Assembly: GCF_006345805.1 (NCBI RefSeq)
Contig: NC_043010.1
Span: 64,108,001 to 64,172,000, forward strand
Direction: 5' to 3'
From: Octopus sinensis
Lineage: Eukaryota
DNA length: 64,000 nucleotides
Shown: positions 60,588 through 64,000 of the stretch, piece by piece
Numbering within the stretch: position 1 is the first letter of the stretch
Layout of the letters: every line of letters begins with the position of its first letter
Position numbers and translations under genes: made by a program
The notes under the pieces: model-generated
Databases searched by the model: none
The model's input: the letters and a program-made list of their open reading frames with translations, nothing else
Told to the model about the DNA's origin: nothing

Positions 60588-63500
60588 ATGATTGCTATGC
60601 TTATGAAGTCTGCCAAATGCGAGCTTTCTGTTCAGGTACATGACGCCACTGCTCCTCGTCCCTGGGCCTCTGGGGCCCATACCTTCCACACCCTCAGGGT
60701 GGGCACCCTCAACGTTGGCACACTGAAAGGTAGGTCTGGCGAGATAGTCGAGATGCTTGAACGGAGATGTGTTGATGTATGTTGCATGCAAGAAATAAGG
60801 TGGAGAGGAGGATCTGCTAGGTTCCTCACAGGCAAGGAACACAGGTACAAGATTTTCTGGGCAGGGAACACTGACGGGGTTGGTGGCGTGGGTATACTTA
60901 TCGCTGAGAAATGGGTAGATAAAGTAATTGAGGTAATCAGAGTAAGTGACAGAATACTTAAGATTAGAATAGTGCTTCATCATAGATTAGCAACCATTAT
61001 ATCGGCCTATGCCCCTCAGTCAGGGCTATCCGATGGACAGAAAGACAATTTCTATGACACCCTACTGCAGACCACCTCATTGACGAACGACAGGGACCTT
61101 CTCTTTGTGGCTGGTGATTTCAATGGGCATGTTGGACATGCTGGGAGCTTCCATGGCGTACATGGAGGCTACGGTTATGGTTCCCACAACGAGGAGGGAA
61201 CCAGGCTGCTGGAGTTCTGCGATGCGAATAGTCTTATGGTTTGCAACACTAACTTCAGGAAACCGACAAGCCACCTGGTCACCTACCGATCGGACCGGCA
61301 TACTAGCCAAATCGACTACATCCTTGCCAGAAAAAGGGAAAGATGGCTGCTTATAAATGCCAAAACCTTCTTCAGGCAAAGAATGCACCCCACAACATAG
61401 ACTGGTAGTTAGTGACTTTAGGATCAGGACTAAGAGGGCGACTAGAAGACGACTAACATGGAGAAGAAGGGTCTGGAAGCTTAAAGACCCTGCGAATAGA
61501 CAGAGATTTAGAGACATGTTACTTGAAGCCTTTGACGAAATGGAAGGGGGTATAGCTACACATGGGGTAGAAGACAACTGGACGCTTCTGAGGGACAACC
61601 TGCTGAAAGCCACTGACCTGATCTGTGGCTGGTGCAAAGTCCCCTTAAGACCCAAAATAACGTGGTGGTGGAACAATATTGTTGACAGGGCTATTAGACA
61701 AAAGAAACAGGCTTGGAAGGACTGGAAGAACGGTGGTAGCAGGGAAGTGTATCAGACTGCCAGAAGGGAAGCTAGGAGACAGGTCTATCTAGCCAGAGGG
61801 GAAGCAGATAAGAAAAAATTTGCCAATGTCCTGCGCCGTGAGGATGAAAGACTTGAGGTATTTCGTGTTGCAAGACAGTGTGTGAGAGAGAATCGTGACG
61901 TGGTAGGAGAGAAATGTGTTCGCAAGGATGACGGTTCACTTGCGCTAAATGAGGATGCAAAGAGAGAGGCTTGGAGACGCCACTATGAAAGGTTGCTGAA
62001 TGAGGAAAATGAATGGGATGAAGAGAGCCTGCCGAATGTCGACCCAACAGAGGGATCAGCAATCCGAGTTAACAGTTCCTTAGTAGTTAAGGCAATTACA
62101 AGCATGAAAACAGGGAAAGCCCCAGGCCCATCAGGAATTACTGCAGAGATGCTCAAAATATCTGGTTGTGTCGGCTATAGCCTAGTCACCCGTATAGTTA
62201 ACCAGGTGATACACAAAGAAGTCATACCCAATGACTGGTGTAGCAGCATAATAGTCAACTGCTACAAAGGTAAAGGTGACGCCCTAGATACAAATAACTA
62301 CAGGGGTATCAAGCTGCTGGATCAGGTAATGAAGGTTACGGAGAGGGTTATAGCCCAATTAATTAGAGAGAGAGAGTGAGCTTAGATGAGATGCAGTTTG
62401 GGTTCGTGCCAGGGAAAAGTACTACTGATGCTATATTCCTGGTAAGACAGGTGCAGGAGAAATACCTAGCCAAAGATAAGCCCCTGTACCTGGCTTTTGT
62501 TGACATGGAGAAAGCCTTTGACAGGGTCCCCCGATCCCTTATCTGGTGGTCAATGAGGAAACTAGGGATAGATTAATGGTTAGTGAGAGCTGTGCGAGCC
62601 ATGTACAGAGACGCTGCTAGTAAGGTGAGGGTTGGCAACGAGTACAGTGAAGAATTCCGGGTAGAGGTTGGGGTCCACCAAGGTTCAGTCCTCAGTCCCC
62701 TCCTATTTATCATAGTCCTCCAGGCAATAACGGAAGAATTCAAGACAGGATGCCCCTGGGAGCTCCTCTATGCTGATGACCTTGCTCTAATTGCTGAGTC
62801 ACTATCAGAACTGGAGGAGAAGTTTCAGGTGTGGAAACAAGGATTAGAATCGAAGGGCCTTAGAATCAACCTAGCCAAAACCAAAGTCCTAATAAGTAGG
62901 AAGGTAGATCAATCACAAACGCCTTCAGGTAGATGGCCCTGCTCGATCTGTAAAAAAGGTGTAGGTAGAAACTCTATAAGATGCACCAAGTGTAAGCCAT
63001 GGACACATAAGAGGTGCAGCAATGTCAAAGGAAGGCTAACTAGGAAAATAGTTTTTGTCTGTGGCAAATGCTCAGGAGCAATAAACACTGGAAATGTGCA
63101 GAGACCAACTTCTACCACGTTCCAGGGAGACAAACTAGAAGTCGTTGATAGCTTCCGCTACCTAGGTGACCAAGTCAGTAGCGGGGGTGGGTGTGCTGAA
63201 AGTGTAACTGCTAGAGTAAGAATAGCCTGGGCAACGTTTAGAGAGCTCTTACCCTTGCTGGTGACAAAAGGCCTCTCGCTCAGAGTAAAAGGCAGACTGT
63301 ATGATGCATGTGTACGTACAGCCATGCTACATGGTAGTGAAACATGGGCCGTGACTGCTGAGGATATGCGTAAGCTCGCAAGAAATGAAGCCAGTATGCT
63401 CCGATGGATGTGTAATGTCAGTGTTCATAATCGACAGAGTGTAAGTACCTTGAAAGAAAAGTTGAACTTAAGAAGCATCAGTTGTGGTGTGCAAGAGAGA

Positions 63501-63722
63501 CGGCTGCGCTGGTATGGTCATGTGACGAGAATGGCTGAAGATAGTTGTGTGCAAAAGTGCTACACCCTAGCAGTTGAGGGAACCTGTGGAAGAGGTAGAC
63601 CCAGGAAAACCTGGGATGAGGTGGTGAAGCACGACCTTCGAACTTTAAGTCTCACCAAGGAAATGACTAGAGACCGAGACCTATGGAAGTATGCTGTGCG
63701 TGAGAAGACCCGGCAAGACTAG
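60588..63722 (+). pseudogene. APE-RT polyprotein disrupted by three lesions
   Basis: Frameshift near 61370, frameshift in the GA run near 62365-62378, and in-frame TAA at 62574-62576 (GID*WLVRAV); YADD at 62769-62780. Confidence 0.9.
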
Positions 63723-64000
63723 TGAGGCCATAACCCGTGGCCCCTACCTGGGACGTAGTCAGTCCACCTGTGCATACCTTCCTTCTTGGGACACTTGTGA
63801 AGACCTGTTGCGGCAAGTGAAAATTAAACCAAATCAAAATAGATGAACATCAATGGAATTTGTATCTTTGTGGTACCAGTGCCGGTGGCACACAAGAAAA
63901 CCATCTGAACGTGGCTGTAGCCAGTACCACATCGACTGGCCTCCGTGCTGTGGGCACGTAACAAACACCATCCGATCGTGGCCGTTCGCCAGCCTCGTCT
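60588..64000 (+). mobile_element. near full-length RTE (RTE-X-like) LINE running off the window end in its 3' UTR
   Basis: APE domain (GTLNVGTL, CCMQEIRW, VAGDFNGHVG, SQIDYIL), RT (NYRGIKLL, QFGFVPGKSTTDAI, AFVDMEKAFDRV, VHQGSVLSPLLF, LYADD) and a Cys-rich finger. Confidence 0.97.

Overview
This is repeat-dominated eukaryotic DNA with no convincing host protein-coding gene, so it is probably intronic or intergenic. The very high microsatellite density and the tRNA-derived SINE families suggest a coleoid cephalopod, most likely Octopus (inference from recalled repeat families, not a database match). Contents: three tRNA-headed SINE families; RTE LINEs (one nearly full length at 60588-64000 with three inactivating lesions); CR1-type, CRE-type, probable Tx1/L1-type and Gypsy relics; mariner/Tc1/Tigger relics and MITEs; non-autonomous Helitrons; and a 46-bp satellite of about 99 indel-free units containing a 1288-bp higher-order duplication. 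The main observation not visible in the ORF track is about eleven type-I hammerhead-ribozyme-like motifs (CUGANGA...GAAA...NUH with stems I-III), from several sequence families. Two sit directly downstream of Penelope-like GIY-YIG endonuclease fragments. Others lie in ~200-bp microsatellite-flanked elements, and two are back-to-back in a perfect 158-bp palindrome. Hammerheads in Penelope-like elements are known in general; their density, diversity, palindromic arrangement and shared core variants here merit testing. All folds were done by eye and none is experimentally verified. Most short ORFs in the track are microsatellite artefacts.
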